Source: Podospora anserina
Lineage: Eukaryota
NCBI GenBank assembly: GCA_017654855.1
Contig: CM030334.1
Span: forward strand, 3,658,001 to 3,722,000
Direction: 5' to 3'
Length of the DNA stretch: 64,000 bases
Position numbers and translations under genes: made by a program. The notes under the pieces were generated by a model. The model was not told where the DNA came from. It did not search any database and was given only the letters and a program-made list of their open reading frames with translations. The number at the start of each line of letters is the position of its first letter. Position 1 is the first letter of the stretch. Below are positions 37,401 through 52,128 of the stretch, one piece after another.

Positions 37401-38089
37401 AGGCGATGCTACTATATATTTCCGGACCGTCCTATGCCTTCGACTTCTCCCGACTCTTTTTTTTTTATTTGAATAATCCAAACCTCTTCCTTGGACTGCT
37501 AGCTATAACCTTCTCGTGTACTTTCGATTAGGGGCGTATTTGTCGCAGTTGTATTAAAGATAGTTAAAGAGATCGACGATGGATTTTTTAAGCAGTTGCC
37601 GCGGAGTTGAAGCCTAACGATATGATGTGGCTGGCTCACGCGCTAATAGAAACTTCCCAAAACGCTTTGAGGCCGCTATCTGCAGGCAGAACTCTGGAAG
37701 GCATCCTCGATAATCGATAGCTACATAAACAACGACATGAAATCACTTCTAATCTCCCTTGCGATCGTTTTAGATAGGCTCCTCAGGAAAAGATACTTTA
37801 AGGTACGCAGTTGGAATAATGTAAAAAGGTAAGCGCAGTCATACCAAGGCCACCAAATCCGTCAGAAAAGGATTTGCTGTGCGGGGCCGAAAGGGAAGCG
37901 TAGTGGCCCGTGCCGTGGCGTCCCTGAAACAGATGCAGGGGTCACCCTCTGTGGGGCGTGGGCCCAGGCCCACTGCCTTGCTCTTCTTCTTGCCTTGCAG
38001 CCAGAACCACTGCCTTTTTCTTCACCAACTCACCAATACAACCACGTATTGCCCACACTTCGTTGCCTCCGACACCCTCTAATATTATC

Positions 38090-38450
38090 GCAGGATGGTC
38101 AGTTCTGAACATCAGATTTCCCTGGAAATGACAGTCTGGGTGGAGAAGGAAACAGTTTCGATGCACGTTGTCACCGTTGTTGCCATCCTTTTCCTACCTG
38201 CTACGTTCATATCGGTAAGGAACTGCCTCACATCTAGCTGCTTGATATCTTCTAATCTTGTTACCAGAAATTCTTGCAAAGTGGAATCATTCAGGTAAAG
38301 GGATCCGAGGAGTTTTAACGGCAGTAGCAGCTGCACACAGGGGCCTTTGCGCTCTACGTTGAGATATGCATCCCGCTAACCGCAATAACGTTATTTGTAT
38401 GGTTTATGGTCAATTATCGAGGAAAGAACAAGTCATTGAGGAATCTGTCG
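38090..38450 (+). pseudogene. C-terminal fragment of a fungal CorA-like membrane protein
   Basis: KETVSMHVVTVVAILFLPATFIS / intron / FLQSGII ... AFALYVEICIPLTAITLFVWF, i.e. two TM helices, interrupted by stops. Confidence 0.55.
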
Positions 38451-39822
38451 GAGGGCACAAGTCAATCGGGTGGTGGACAGGACCGAAACTGTGGTCTAGA
38501 TCTCCCGGTTTCTATAGATTACACATTTTATTCGGGCAAAGGTAAACCTGATTTTCAGAGTCGTTTGCAAGTTACCTACCTTAATCATATTAGTCATATA
38601 TCTCCTCAATGAGACATTGTGATATGATCTCAGGGTGACCAGGTTCCCTCAAGCCATACTGATCTACTGTACTCCAGTGACTGATACTAATAAGTATTTT
38701 GACATCCGCATCAGCATCCCATTGCCTACCTGCTTGAGTAATCTTGCACCGCGCAAAATGAAGAACCTAAGTGTAAAAGCCGTGATATAAAGAACCTGGT
38801 CAGCGAGGGGACTGTAAGTTTCTCTGGCTTTGCAGTGTGTGATACGCAGTCAGGATCATGAACCATGACTCTATAGCAGTAAAATGAAGCTCGGATATCG
38901 GTACTGCATACTAAGTAAGCTAACCACCTCTACCTTATTATCATGTTAGTAACCAAGCTCAAACAAAGGATCAATGATGTTAGGACAGAATCCCAGGCTC
39001 GGCAATAACCTAGAGCAATTATAAGAACTTCAAGATAGTAATTTTACCGTAAAGTTTAATATAGACTAACATCTCCCGTCCTTTAAGTTTCTGACTTTTG
39101 ATAGAGGTCAGGCGGGACCCACTTTACTGCCCCTGAGCCCCTGAACGTCGTTTGTTAATATACCTAAGCTACTCAAATCTTGAACCCCTTCAATCACACT
39201 CTATCCTAGAAAAACTGTCCCAACGTCTTGAACTCAACGACCAGGGCATAGAATAGCACCAACCATCGGTCTTTGTAAACTATCCCTATCCCTAAGCCTG
39301 GGTATCTACCATAAGGCCAAGCTTAGTAGCATTGGAACCCCGCAAAACACACCCCGCACTTCCCTAAATGCCAAGTGCCGCATTCAGGGGTCCAAATAGA
39401 TTAAATAATCAACGTTAGACCTCCCGCAAGGCGTCCGTAATGCCCTAAACCACTAAAGACCGCTAAATGTAAGGTATTCCGCTTTAAACCCGAGATTAGG
39501 CTGCACGCTGAACCTCGCGATGACGGTAGACGGATGACGGGAAGCTTCATGTTTGCGGGGACCCCGCAATTAATTCACCGTACTAAGTCGCGAGCTGGAT
39601 TAGAGAATACTGGGGATGCCTGATGTGCCGACGCGAATACCAGCGTTCTATTAATACAGGAAACTCACGATATCAGAATGGGCTCAAGTCCACCATCACA
39701 CCCTCGCTCATTTGATACCCTATTTCCCTTCGGCTCATATTTTTATGCCAATCCCTCCTCTGTCTTGCATCTTTGAACCCATCCTCAACCTTTTCCGTTC
39801 CACCAAGACCACCACATCCACC

Positions 39823-41090
39823 ATGTCTTCTTGCAACAGCAACAACAACAACAAGAAGATCTGCATTGTTGGTGCCGGCCCGTCTGGCCTAGCTCTTAGT
39901 GCTCTCCTCGAAAAGTAGGGCGGTTGGGACTACGTTATTTATGAAAGCAGTGCTAAGGATGTCCCACCTCGTGGTAGCTGCCTCGATCTCTACCCTGGCA
40001 GCGGTTAAAGAGCGTTAAAGGACGTTAGTGTCTTTAAAGAGTTTAAGAAGTACGCCCGTTACGGTAATACTACTATCTATCGCCTCTTTAGCCATAAGGG
40101 CGAGAATTTCTTTGACTTTAGTGAGGGCCGTAATGCCCCTAAGATCGACCGCTGGGCTTTTAGAAAGGTCCTCCTTAGTGGTATCCCTAAAGAGAAGGTT
40201 TATTAGAAGAAGCTAGTTATTAGTACTACCTGTAACGAGAACGGGTAAATCGTTTTTAATTTTGCTAATAGAACTATTATTTCGGGGTTCGGGCTTATAG
40301 TCGGCACCGATAATACTTAATCTAAAGTACGGTATTTAATAAGAAATCCCTCGTCGATTATTTCCCTTCCGCTCTAGAAAATTTTAGCTACTTAAATATT
40401 AATAACGCTCGATAAGTAACCGACGCGAAGCTATAATATAGTAATAATTTATTTATTACTACTAAAATCCTCTCTAGCGGTCTATATTATAAAAAGATAA
40501 AGGAACTTTACCGTATAAAGTCTATAATCGTTATAGGTAAAAGTATTTATATATTTAATAGTAAATAAGGTAACGGGTATTACCGTATTAATATCGGTAT
40601 TCCTAGCCCCGAGAACTTTACTGACGCCGGTCTCGTCGATATTAAAAATTAAGACGCGTTTAAAAAATACTTTTTAGGAAATAACCTTTTTAACCTTTAC
40701 TCGGATAAAATAAAGGAGATTATTAATTAAAGTTAAGGTCCCTTTAGATTTTAGATTATATATTACTTCCCTATAAATAATCTTAATTAAAAAACTATCC
40801 CGGGCGTAACGTTAATTAGCGATATTATTTATATTATAATACTATTCGTTAGTAATAGTGTTAATTGCGTTATAAGAGATACGATTATCTTTATTAGAAA
40901 GTTAAAGGAATTGGGCGTTAACGAGGAAGTTATTATTGTTTATAAGAGGGAAATGTTCCCTTTCGTTATTAATATTATTACGAGAAGTCTTTAGAGCTAA
41001 AAAATGTTTTTTAAAAAGGAGGCTCTTAAAACCTTTATTAAGGTTATAAGCTTTAGGAAGTTTTTAATTAATACGATTAACTATATTTAA
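39823..41090 (+). pseudogene. RIPped FAD-dependent monooxygenase
   Basis: ICIVGAGPSGLALS, LIVGTDNT*SKVR (originally VGADGAWSKVR) and GVTLISDIIY..FVSNSVNC (originally IGDAAH..PFVGDGVN). Confidence 0.88.
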
Positions 41091-41559
41091 TAATAATTTT
41101 TATTTTATAATATCTTTATTACTTTTTCTATATTTCTTTATCTTTATAATATTATAATTTTAATAGCGATACTTTTATTCTAGTTTAGTATTAATATAGG
41201 TTAAGGGTATCGAGGATTTTAATCCCGGATAAATTTAATTTCCTCGTAATATAATCCCGGACTAATAGTGGATTTACTACTTTACTCGATAGGCTAACTA
41301 AACTACTATAATTAAGACTAATACCGTTAAAGTAAGTTTTTTAACGTTTAGGGCTGAGAACCTACTTAAACTTATCCAAGAAAATAGAAAGGTATATAAA
41401 ACATTACGGCACTTAGTGCTAATACTATTTACAGTACCCTTATTATAAAGGGTTACTAGTCCACGGTTAAAACTTCGCGAAGTATACATAATATTTATTA
41501 TCGGTTATAAAAGATTCCTTATTTAATTCTTCCCTACGATATACCGCCCACTATTCCCA

Positions 41560-42190
41560 ATCACATTAACAATCCTCACGCTTCTTTTAGCTTCTTCTAA
41601 TAAATCGAGTTTTTATACCGGCTAAGCCTCTACCTAATAACTGGACGCTTTTTAAGAGTCTTCTCATCCTCCCTACTCTTAACCCGTGCTAGCCACTCTT
41701 TAATATTAATATCCACGCTAATTAAGTTCGTTATATATTTTAGTATCTTTATAAACTCTAAAGCTTTATCCGCTATATTAAAGTTATTAACCTGCATCTT
41801 AAACTTATTTCTATCCGGATTAAAGTAGTATATCGAGGTGCTTATACTATGGTTAACAGGCCAGTGGGGCAGGATACCGCGGGCCTTTTTTTACTCGTAG
41901 TTAGTAATAAAATCTTCGAGAAAGTTAAATATAAAAGCGATATAGTAAACTATTACTATTATAGGGCGCTTATCGGCTAGGATCTATTTATAATTATTAT
42001 TTTACATAATAACTATTCTATAGTGCTCTTCGTCCTACTAGATAAAGCTAGCTTTAGCGTTTTAAAGTACTTTACGTTTATCGAAAAAATCGAGGTACTA
42101 TTTAACTATAACCTCGAACTTTTTAGGGGTTATTTTAATACCGAAGTGGCCGATAAAGAAGGGACTAACGAGTTTCTCCGTAATTACTAT
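41560..42190 (-). pseudogene. RIPped VOC/glyoxalase-family protein (BphC-like extradiol dioxygenase annotation class)
   Basis: DEEHYRIVI, YIAF, and GILPHWPVNHSISTSIYYFNPDRNKFKMQVNNF (originally NHGMSTSMYYFDPDGNEFEMQVDNF). Confidence 0.8.
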
Positions 42191-42609
42191 ATTAAAGTAT
42201 TACGTAATTAGGCTAAATAAGTTACGAGATATAGCGGTTATATAATTAGTAATAGCGATTATATAATTTTAATATAATATTCTTTAAAATATATTAATAT
42301 AGAGATACCTCGTTTTATTAAATTAATAGTTAACCGTAATATACTAAAGCGGATTTAGTCGTTATTACCTAGAGTCTTATAGGGTACGGTAATAAGGTAA
42401 GTATTTTAATTTAGTACTTTAAGGCCCGTAAATACCCGCCATAAGCTATTAGGCGGATCCGATCTATCGCCTGAGGGGAGGGGAAGACGGTTTTATAATA
42501 GCGATAATATTAAGATAGATCTTACTCGAACTTTAAGTTTGGAGCTATTTCTAGCTTACACCTTTATTATTAATTTTTTTATATTAAAAGTTATCGTTAT
42601 ATCCGAATA

Positions 42610-44230
42610 GATCCCTATTCTCTAACACCTAACTATTAGGCTAATTTATAGGGTAATAAGGAAAGTCGGTATTACATAGTTTCTTAATATTTAATATACA
42701 ACCTTAAAAAATCGCTTTTTATATACTAAGCTTTTAAAGTCGTACCCATTAAACTACCCCCGTATCTAATATAATATCTTTAATATAATAACCCTCGCGC
42801 CTATTTCATTAAGCCTAGCGAACGGCTACTAATAAAAGTATATATTAATTTAATAGTCTTTAAAGTTTCTAGAGTTTAAGTAATTAAATACGGAATATTT
42901 AATACTTAATATCGCTATACTTAATTTCTAAGTAAACGGTTTTAAATAGTTAGTTTTGGCCCTTATTTATAGTAGTGCCTTTACGACGGGAAGTAATTTT
43001 TATCTATAGTATAATCTCGTTCGTATCGTTTAAAAAAGTATTAAAATTAAAAAACTAATTATTATTATAAATATTAAATAAAATTTATTTATTAAAATTA
43101 AAAACCTTAGGTTATTAATATTACTTTAATTACCGATTAAATATCCTTAACTTCCTTTACTCTTCTACTATAAAGGCTATAAACTATAAGCTAAATAACG
43201 GCCTTAATGATTAAAAATAAAGCTTACTTTAAATTAAATACTATATTATAGGGTTCGGTAGTAATAAGTACCGCGTAATTTATATTAACGAGAGTTCGGG
43301 GGCGGTATCGGGTACTTTCTATCTCCACTCTAAAAAGCTATTATTTAACTAACTGATTTCGATGAGCGGTTCCTCTCCAGTTAAAGCTAAGTAACTAGAA
43401 TTTATTAAAGGGTTATTTAAAAGGGTATTATAGCTTTTTAATATTTTAGAAATTAACGAGACGGCCTAAATTTAATAACTATTAACGGTCCCGATAGAGG
43501 ATATTAGGGAAAAGATTATATGTAAAGTACTAATAGTGCCTATTATCGATAGCGATTTAATTTTAAGAACTATATTTTATACTTAGATAGTTAACTTAGC
43601 TCGGATAGTAAAGTTATTTTTAGGAATATAATAGTATAAGCGAATTATATTTAGCGATTATAAAATAAATAATAACGTTTACGGCCTAAAATTAGTTATT
43701 AAAGTAAATATAATACTTAAGACTATAGCGATTTTCCTAGCTACTACTCTAGATCCTATCGACCGAAAGCTAGCGCCTAAAATCATCTCTAGGTATAGCC
43801 TTAACGCTTCCGCTATTATTAACTTATAAAAGTTTTTTAAAGTTATTCTTAACCTCGTAACCGATATTTACTAGGTTTAGAGTAAAAACTTTCGTTAAAT
43901 TTTAGTCGTAGGCCGGGCTAAAGGCATTCCTATACTACTTTAACGTTCCGAACCTTTAGGATGGGCCGTGGAAAGGCTATACGACGTATATCCTTAATAT
44001 CGTATTTATCCTATAGAACTACCGTAAATTTCTTTTTATTAATTAGTAAAAGGTAAGCGACTAGTAAACCGAGGACGCTATTACTTTTATCTATAACGAG
44101 GCTCCTTAGCCAGCATATAAAATAGGGGCACAAGAGGGCGCTATAGTGTATTACGCTCCTAAGTAGGGTAAAGAGGACTAGTCTCGGTTTATTTCTGGCG
44201 AGATTCCTAAAGAGATTAGGCGAAGAGATA
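42610..44230 (+). pseudogene. RIPped type-B carboxylesterase
   Basis: GIT*FLNI*YTTLKNRF, GFGSNKYRVIYINESSGA (originally GFGGD..GESSG) and FNVPNL*DGPWKGYTTYILNI (originally NPWDGPWKG.ATHILD). Confidence 0.8.
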
Positions 44231-44739
44231 TTTTGTAGAAGCTTATAAAGTAAGAGATGCTGGACAAGGTTATAGACGCTTGGGACTTCTTTATAAAGGG
44301 CCCGAAATAGGAAAAAAAAAGGAGTAGCCTAGATTTGCTTCGATAGTTTCTTAATAGATGTCATCGCCTTGTCTTAGACTTATTTATTACATACCGTCAC
44401 AGTAATTAGTTCCCCATTGTGTTTCCCGCATTTGTCGGAGAACTATCCTTGCAGGCCTAAACTAGCCATCGCTCCCTAGCATAGTACTCGGCGAGCTAAA
44501 GTCCGCTTAACCCGAGTATACCGGCGCCGACGCTAAACCTGTTCTCCACATAACCTCTATAATACTTAGCGGTGTGCTTTTTTACCCCGCAATCCTAGGG
44601 CTTACAGGTACTATTATAGTTATATTTGTAAGCCCCGAGCTACTAAGTTTCAAGTTTTAATAGTATTCTATCTACCTACCTTAAGGCCGGGAAATATAAT
44701 TTATATTTACCGTAACGAAACGATTGCGATTTAACGCTT

Positions 44740-47240
44740 TAAGCGTTAATAGTTTAGGTCTAACGCCTAAAAGACTTACTATATATAAACGGGCCCCCTT
44801 AGTATGCGAGGAGTGTAGGGTAAGAAAATGCCGGTGCGATAGAGTAATTCCCTATTACTTTAGCTATAAAAAGAAATTTTTTAATTATATATACTTTACG
44901 GATATTTAGGAAAAGACTTAGTAATATAAGTAAATGCTTAACCGATATCCTTTTTAATTATATAGTTAATTATTTATTTAATATAATTCGCTCGTTAAGG
45001 TTTAAATTAAAAAAACTTAAAGAATAGACCCGGCTAGCCGATTAAAAGAGTAAAGCCGAGTTTAGTATAACGGTAGAAAATATAATTATTATTTTAGATT
45101 AGTATTAAAAGAATTAGGTACCTCCTAACTTAAAAGTAACCGCCGAGCCCGTTAATACTTTATATTATAGTGTTAATAATACTATACTACTAGTACCGCC
45201 GATAATATTTATTTTAATTACTATTAACGTAAATACTTCGTCCGTACTTAACCGGTAATTACTAGAGTTAACTTTTACCGCAAATAAACCTTTGTCCTAG
45301 ATCGGACCTTTTCTTAGGATTACGGTTAGTCTATTAAATAAAATAGCGGCGCCTCCTACTCCTTAAGTATATTCCTATAACCGTCTGTTCGGAGTCGGTA
45401 CTATTATATAGTCTTTATTATTATATTGATATATTAATAAGCTTATAGACCTATATTTTTACCGCCTTTATCGTATATATTTTATTTTTTATTAACCTAC
45501 GTTTATAAAGTAATATCGATAATTATAGGAACTATTATAAATAAATATAGAAACTTACTTTAACCTATATAAATAAAAGAGCCTAGTTAAAACCTTCCCG
45601 GCTACCGTTAATACTATCTTTATACTAACTTCTTAATTTACCCCGGGGTCCAATACGGAAAAAAATAAAATTAAGGCCAGTAATTTCTTTAATATAATTT
45701 AAAAGTTTAATTTACTTAAGATTATTAACGAAGAGGTTAATATTAAATTAGTCTAACTATTTTTACTTATAGGCTTCTATCTTCAAAGTATAAAGTAATT
45801 TTTAAAATATTAAAATATTATTAATTTAACTATTAAAATAATATAAAATATAAATTTATATATAAATATATACGATATTCGGAAGAAAGGGCTATTACTA
45901 TATTACCCTAGTTAGTTAAAGGAAAAAATACGTATAAAAGTCTAATATAATTATATATTTTTAAACCGAGAAATCTCTATATCGTTTAGTAAGCTACTTA
46001 TAATATTTAAAGGTAACTAACTAAAGCTTCCGGAGGCCATTAATAACGAATACTTTTCTAAAGTTAAGGGCAAACGAAATACTTAATTAAGTAACTATCC
46101 TAATTAAATCTCTTCCTATATCGAGACCATTAAGCTCTATAAGTTTCTTAATTAAATATTGGATAGAGAAAAAGATAGAGCGGAAACCCTAATAAACATC
46201 TACTCTAATATACAAGCCTTACTTAATCTAAATACTAGGATTATAGAATAGCAAAATACACTACCTAGATACCTTTAGTATAATAATATTATAGAGAATA
46301 GATAGTAAAACCTCGCTTCGACCCTAGGGAGCCTCTTTTTACCGGACTTTTTAAGGTAAGTAAGGCGGCTCTATACACGATTTTTATACGTTAGAGTTCT
46401 TATACTAAAACCGGTACTTAAATAATTCTTTTAAAAATAACGATATACGCTAGTTATTCTATAAGTAAGGGGCAATCCGAGGGTTATGCGGGTATAAGAC
46501 TTTATACTGTCGGATATTACGGTATAATATATACTTTTAGTAAATTCTTTTATTAAATATTTAAATATTTATATTCGTAATTAAAGTTTTATAGCTTAGT
46601 AGTATAATATAAACTATAGGTCCAATTATCCTAAACGCACGTTATAAAGAAATAACTTACTAACGAATATATAAACCTTTATACGTATAGTAGTACCTTA
46701 TTAATAGGCCTACTATACTTATTTAATAAATTTATTATAAAGCGTAATTTACTTAAGCTTTACCTTCGTCGCCTCTCACAGTATACGGCGCTAAGTAATA
46801 TCGCAACTAAATCTTACCACCTTTTATAAGAAAGTTCGAAGCGCCTTCTCCCGGAAAAGGGTGCCTCTAATATATAGATACCTTCTTGCTCCGCGGTAAG
46901 TAATATAGTATAAGTACCCGACCTAGACCTAGCTACCTACCTTAGTTAGCCGATAATACCTACTAGTATAACACCTCTAACCTCGGTTAAGGCTAGAACA
47001 TATATATAGTATTTAAGTCTTTTCCTCGCGCTTCACAGAATATACACCTATCTATAATAAACAATGTCTAATAATAACCTATTACTATCGGCGCTTAACC
47101 CTTTACTTATAGGTTCTATAAATATAATAAATAATAATATTAGTAGCTTAAATAATATACCGGAGTTCTAGGAAATACCTTTTCTTTTTTAATTAGAGTT
47201 TTACTAACTTTATAATTTTACTCTCTCGCAGTTCGAATAA
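44740..47240 (+). pseudogene. RIPped Zn(II)2Cys6 transcription factor
   Basis: KRAPLVCEECRVRKCRCDRVIPYYFSY, where the final Cys residues have mutated TGT/TGC to TAT/TAC. A long degraded body follows, with fungal TF-like segments such as LNREISISFSK. Confidence 0.8.
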
Positions 47241-47369
47241 TACAATTTACGGATAGGCTTCTAAACGATATTATAATAATTAATATAATATTAATATAGG
47301 TAATAACTATAATAAACTACCTATAAAATAGTCTTTCGAAATACTTTAAACCCTAAATATAATTTCGCT

Positions 47370-48761
47370 TAACCCAAAAAAAGTTTAATACTCTTTTATA
47401 TTATTAATTTATAGTTCATTATATAGGTTAATCTCACTTAGAATTTTACGCCCCAGTAACCCTTTAAGCTATATACGGCTCCTCTTACTCTCCTCTTTTA
47501 TCCTTTAAAACTTCTTTTTAATATTACCGTCCTTCTCCCCACTAAAGTTAAAAGTAAAAATACCTACCGCCGAGAACGGTAGGAAATCCTTATATATAAT
47601 CGGCTCGTAAATTATAACCCCCTCTTTTAAAAGTCTATCTATATATATTAACCCCTCTAGCTTATAAGCGCTAGTAACGGCTACCTTATCTTTAATAACC
47701 TAATAATAGAAATATATTAATCTTTCCTTCCTAAAAACCTCTTAATTATTAAAGTACTCGATAAATACCTCCTTTAGTACTTTATTAAAGTTTTTATTTT
47801 CCTTTTTATTCCGACTAATAGCTTTAGCGAGTAAAGTATCGTAGAGCTCTCTACCTTTTTTAATTATAATAGTACCGCGCTATTCTACTTTTCTAAACCG
47901 AGCGGTATACGTTCCGTTAACGGTATAATTAGTATTATTAATAAAAGTAACTCTTTCCTCTAAAGCCTTAAAACTAATTTATCGAAAAAGAATCTCGCAC
48001 TTCCTTTTAGAAGGTCCCTCGATACAGTCTTTTACTAGGAGGCCCTAAGAAATTATTCCTACTTAAACGGTATCGATATTTAGGGTATGTAAAGTAAGGT
48101 AATTAATATATATTAAAGGAAAGTAAATAATATTAGTTATTATTAAGTATTTTTTTTTTAAGGTAAGGTACGTCTTTAAAGGAATAAAGGATCGGAAATA
48201 CTATTTAAAAATCTTAAAAGATTTAGTAATTAGGTTATTAGTATTTTAGGCCGTAAAGTTAATTAAAGTAAAGGTCTCCGTTTAATCGATTAAATCGATA
48301 AGCCTAGAGGAAAAAAGCTATTTAGTAGAGAGGATAAAGGTAGCTATCTCCCGGACTTTCGGGGAGGAGATAAGGTCTGGTCGGAGGACGGTAGTAAAGA
48401 CTCGGAAGGGGTTCTTTCGGAGGGATTCTTCGGTCTAGGGCCGGAAAGCCGTACCGTAGAGGGGAAAACCGATTATTTTAAAGTCGTAGTAGCCGACGGG
48501 GAATATACTTATAACGGCGAAAAGGCGGCTAATTATATATATTTCTTGCTAGGTGCTTAGTTTAATAGCGTTATAGCGCTTAAGCTAAAAGCGAGAGGGG
48601 AGGTCGTTAAGGCTTTAGCCGCGGGACTAGAGGGTAGTAATATCGACTTAGTTAATAATATTTACGAGCTTACTATAGAGGGATACTTCGGTTTTATATA
48701 TTTCTAAGAGGGCCTATACGAAGCGAGTCCGGAGGTAATCTAGATCCTATCTGTACGGTAT
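47370..48761 (-). pseudogene. RIPped DUF1338 / YdcJ-HglS-like 2-oxoadipate dioxygenase/decarboxylase
   Basis: LRTRFV*ALLEIYKTEVSLY (originally FAQALSEMYKTEVPLY), LKRYNAIKLST (LERHGAIRLGT), YINYLTLHTLNID (HINHLTPRTLDID) and EPIIYKDFLPFSAVGIF (PITYEDFLPxSAAGIF). Confidence 0.85.
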
Positions 48762-49775
48762 ATGAGTTTGGAGGCTAAAAAATTATAAAAGGAATATAAA
48801 AATAGTATACGGCTTTAGCTCCTCGTGGAAGGTAGATCCGTTTTATAGGATAATTAAAGGTATTATAAATGTAATATATAATTACTTTTATTAAATATTT
48901 TATAAGATATTTTATAGGATATTCTATAGATTAAATAAGTAAATATTAATATAGAATATATAAGTTAGATAACCGTAAATAATCGCTAAATTAAGTAGTA
49001 AATAAAGGAGATTTATACTTTACTATTAAAATATCGGTTACGAATATATAATAAAACCTTAAATAATAAAGAGCCGGCCTTTTCCGGAAGGGTTATTACG
49101 GTAAAATAAATAATTATATTATACTTATTTTAAAAGGTTATAATAAGGTACGTACTACGTATATTAATATATACTAAGCTTCTAATCTACCCTATATACT
49201 ATTTCCGTACGGTTTATTACGGCTTAAAGTAAGCGGTAATAGTGCGGAACTAAGTATGCCGCTTTAAAGTAAGACCACCGGATTATTATTTATTATTACT
49301 TACGGCTATATAATATATTAGTAAGGCCTATAGTGCTATATAATACCTTGATTTTCCTAATCCTATATTACTTTATATAGTAACGTTTAAGTATAGTTAA
49401 TAGTACTACTTAAAGACTTTAGAGCGGGCTTTAAGCACGTTAAAAGAGAACCCTTTTCTTTATAATATTTAAATTATTTTATAGTAAACTATTTATAACT
49501 TATAGGCTAATAGCTTTTATTACTTTATTATATAAGTTATTAATATTAAGTAGCTGTAAATTAACGACTTTATTAATACTTTTATAAATATTATTTCCGT
49601 ATTTAAGGGCTAAAGTAATATTTTACTTTCTATCGTAGAGACCGGCTTTTAAGCTTAAAGTAACTAGGTAAAACGGGATTTCTATTAAAATATTTTAAAT
49701 ATCAAATATAATAATTTATATTAAAAGGATAGTTAAATAAATATATTATTACTATCAAAACTATTTACTTTATAC

Positions 49776-50566
49776 CTATACAAGCCACTCCTTAAACTAT
49801 ATTACCGCTGTTCTCCGCACCCTCTCGAAACCCTTTACCTTAATAAGGTTCTCTCGGTTACCCTTAATAAAGAAACCGTAGTTTAGGCTAAAGAAATATT
49901 AATAGTTAAAAGGTATACTTAACTTAGGGATTTTAATTATAATGTAAGTTTTAAGTTCTTCGGTAAATTAAAGATTAATTTCGGAGGCGATAATCTATAC
50001 TAATATATTAATATTAGAAATCTCTTCTTTTATTAAGAAAGTTAGGTAAACCGTAGCGATATAGTCGACGAGCGGAGTATCCGACTTAATATTAAGCTAG
50101 AAAGTAGCTTAGCCGCTATAGTAATAGCTAATAGTATTAAACTTACCGTATTAAGTACGGAGGTACTTTATTAAAGAAATTATTTTTAGTTTACGGACGG
50201 CCTTATTATTTTTCTTTATAAAGTTTAGGAGATTAAGTTTGCTTTACTTTACCGGGTTATTAATTAGATTTACGGATAGAATAATACTATTAAAGCTACG
50301 AGATTATTAGCGATAGGAGCTTAAAAATATTATAGAGAGTAGACTTATAAGTTAGGGATATAGACGGTCGCCCTAACCTCTATAGTATAGTTATCGGCGA
50401 ATAACTTTATATTATTAAAGGTCTAACTATATAAATCGTAAATTACGATAATACCTATATCCGGGTTAGAACTAGTAATATAGTATATCTAGCCGCTTAC
50501 CTTAACCTCCTTGCCCTACGGCTCGCCGTCCTACTTAAAGCCCTTTAAATAATATTCGCTTATTAT
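49776..50566 (-). pseudogene. RIPped dienelactone hydrolase family protein
   Basis: SEYYLKGFK*DGEP*GKE (MSECCLKGFKWDG), IYDLYS*TFNNIKLFADNY..VYIPN and ISYYYSG*A (originally GYCYGGWA nucleophile motif). Confidence 0.82.
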
Positions 50567-51009
50567 AATAATTAGGAAAGAATATTTATTAAGTAAAATA
50601 ATTTTTTAATAGTATTTATAAAACTAATAATCGTACGTCGAGTAAAAGGGTAGATATATAAAGTTATATATATACTATTTACCTTATTGTATTTCTATAG
50701 TGGAAGACGGTATTATATTATTATAAAGTCCCGGCGAAATTAGATATATACGGACCCGTAAATAAACTGCTTCCGCTTTACTTCCGCCCTAGATCTATAT
50801 AACTCTACTCGGGAAAGTGGACGCTGTATATAGCTATTTATCCGGGGAGGAATAAAATTTAATAAAAATAATTCGACGTATTTACTATAGTTATACTCCT
50901 TTTAAATACTTTAATTAGATTTTATATCTTTATTTTAGATCTTTAACCGAATTTTATTTAAAATTTTTTATCTCGCTCTACTTATTTAGCGATATTATAA
51001 ACTAATAAA

Positions 51010-52128
51010 ATATTTATCCTAATAATTTAGAGAACCGTAATAGTTAAAGAGATTAGTAACCCCGAGGTTCTTTAGTTTAAGTCCGACTGGGCTATCCTAT
51101 AGTTAACCGAAGGCTAGGTCCTCGTAAAGAATAAGATTTCCGGTATTAACTATATCGATATATATTTCCGTACTAGTCTTTACTTATTACTAAAGCCTAA
51201 AATCCTAAATAAAAAAGTAGCCGGTATAATTATAGTACTCGGGCCGAAGACGGAGGAGTTTAATTTTAAAGTCGGCGATAAAGTTATTTAGCTCGCTAAT
51301 ATTAGTTATACTAAGTACTTTACGGTCCTAGTAGCTAAGACCCTTAAGCTGCTAGATACCGTGTTTTACGAAGATGCCATTGCTAGCTTTATGAGTGGTC
51401 TGATAGTGCTGGCTTTCGCTAGGGACACCTATATAGTTTAGCCTGGTAATTGGGTTTTATTTTATATAACGGTAAGCGGTATTAGGTTTTTAATAATGTA
51501 ATTATTTAAATACGTTGGTACTAAAGTTATTAATATAGTTAGTAGCCTAGAGAAAATTAAATTGGTTAAGAGCCTCGGTGTAAACTATATTATTAATTAT
51601 AAAAGTAAGGAAGGTAAGGATTAGGTTAAGATAATAATGGATATTATTAGTGGGAGAGGCGTCGATGTGGTTTATAACTCTGTTAGAAAGGATATATAGG
51701 AGGGTAGTTTAGCCGTTATTAAAAGGAAAGGGATTATAGTTTAGTTCGGTAACTCTAGTGGTTTTATCCCACTATTACCTTTAAAGTAAGTTTTAATACT
51801 TATCTATAAAATAATCTTAGTAACTAATTAGGTTATAGCCGCCTTATATTAAAGTATATTAAAATTATTAAACTAACTCTATTTAACTATATTACTACCC
51901 GTAAAAAGTTTAAGGGCTATATTAATAAGCTCTTTAGTCTTCTCGCATTTAGCGCACTTAAGGTTAAGATTTATAGCCTATATTTCCTCTCTAATGCTAA
52001 GTAGGTATATATTATAAGTTTATTCTTTTATAAGTAATAAAATAAGTTAAATATTAACTTAACCTAATAAATAGGATTTAAAAGGAAGGAAGACGATTAA
52101 TAAAATTTTAATTAAGGTTTCTAAATAA
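51010..52128 (+). pseudogene. RIPped NADPH:quinone oxidoreductase (zeta-crystallin/Qor, MDR family)
   Basis: VLVKNKISGINYIDIYFRTSLY (originally GINYIDTYFRTGLY), GRGVDVVYNSVRKD and FGNSSG. Confidence 0.85.
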
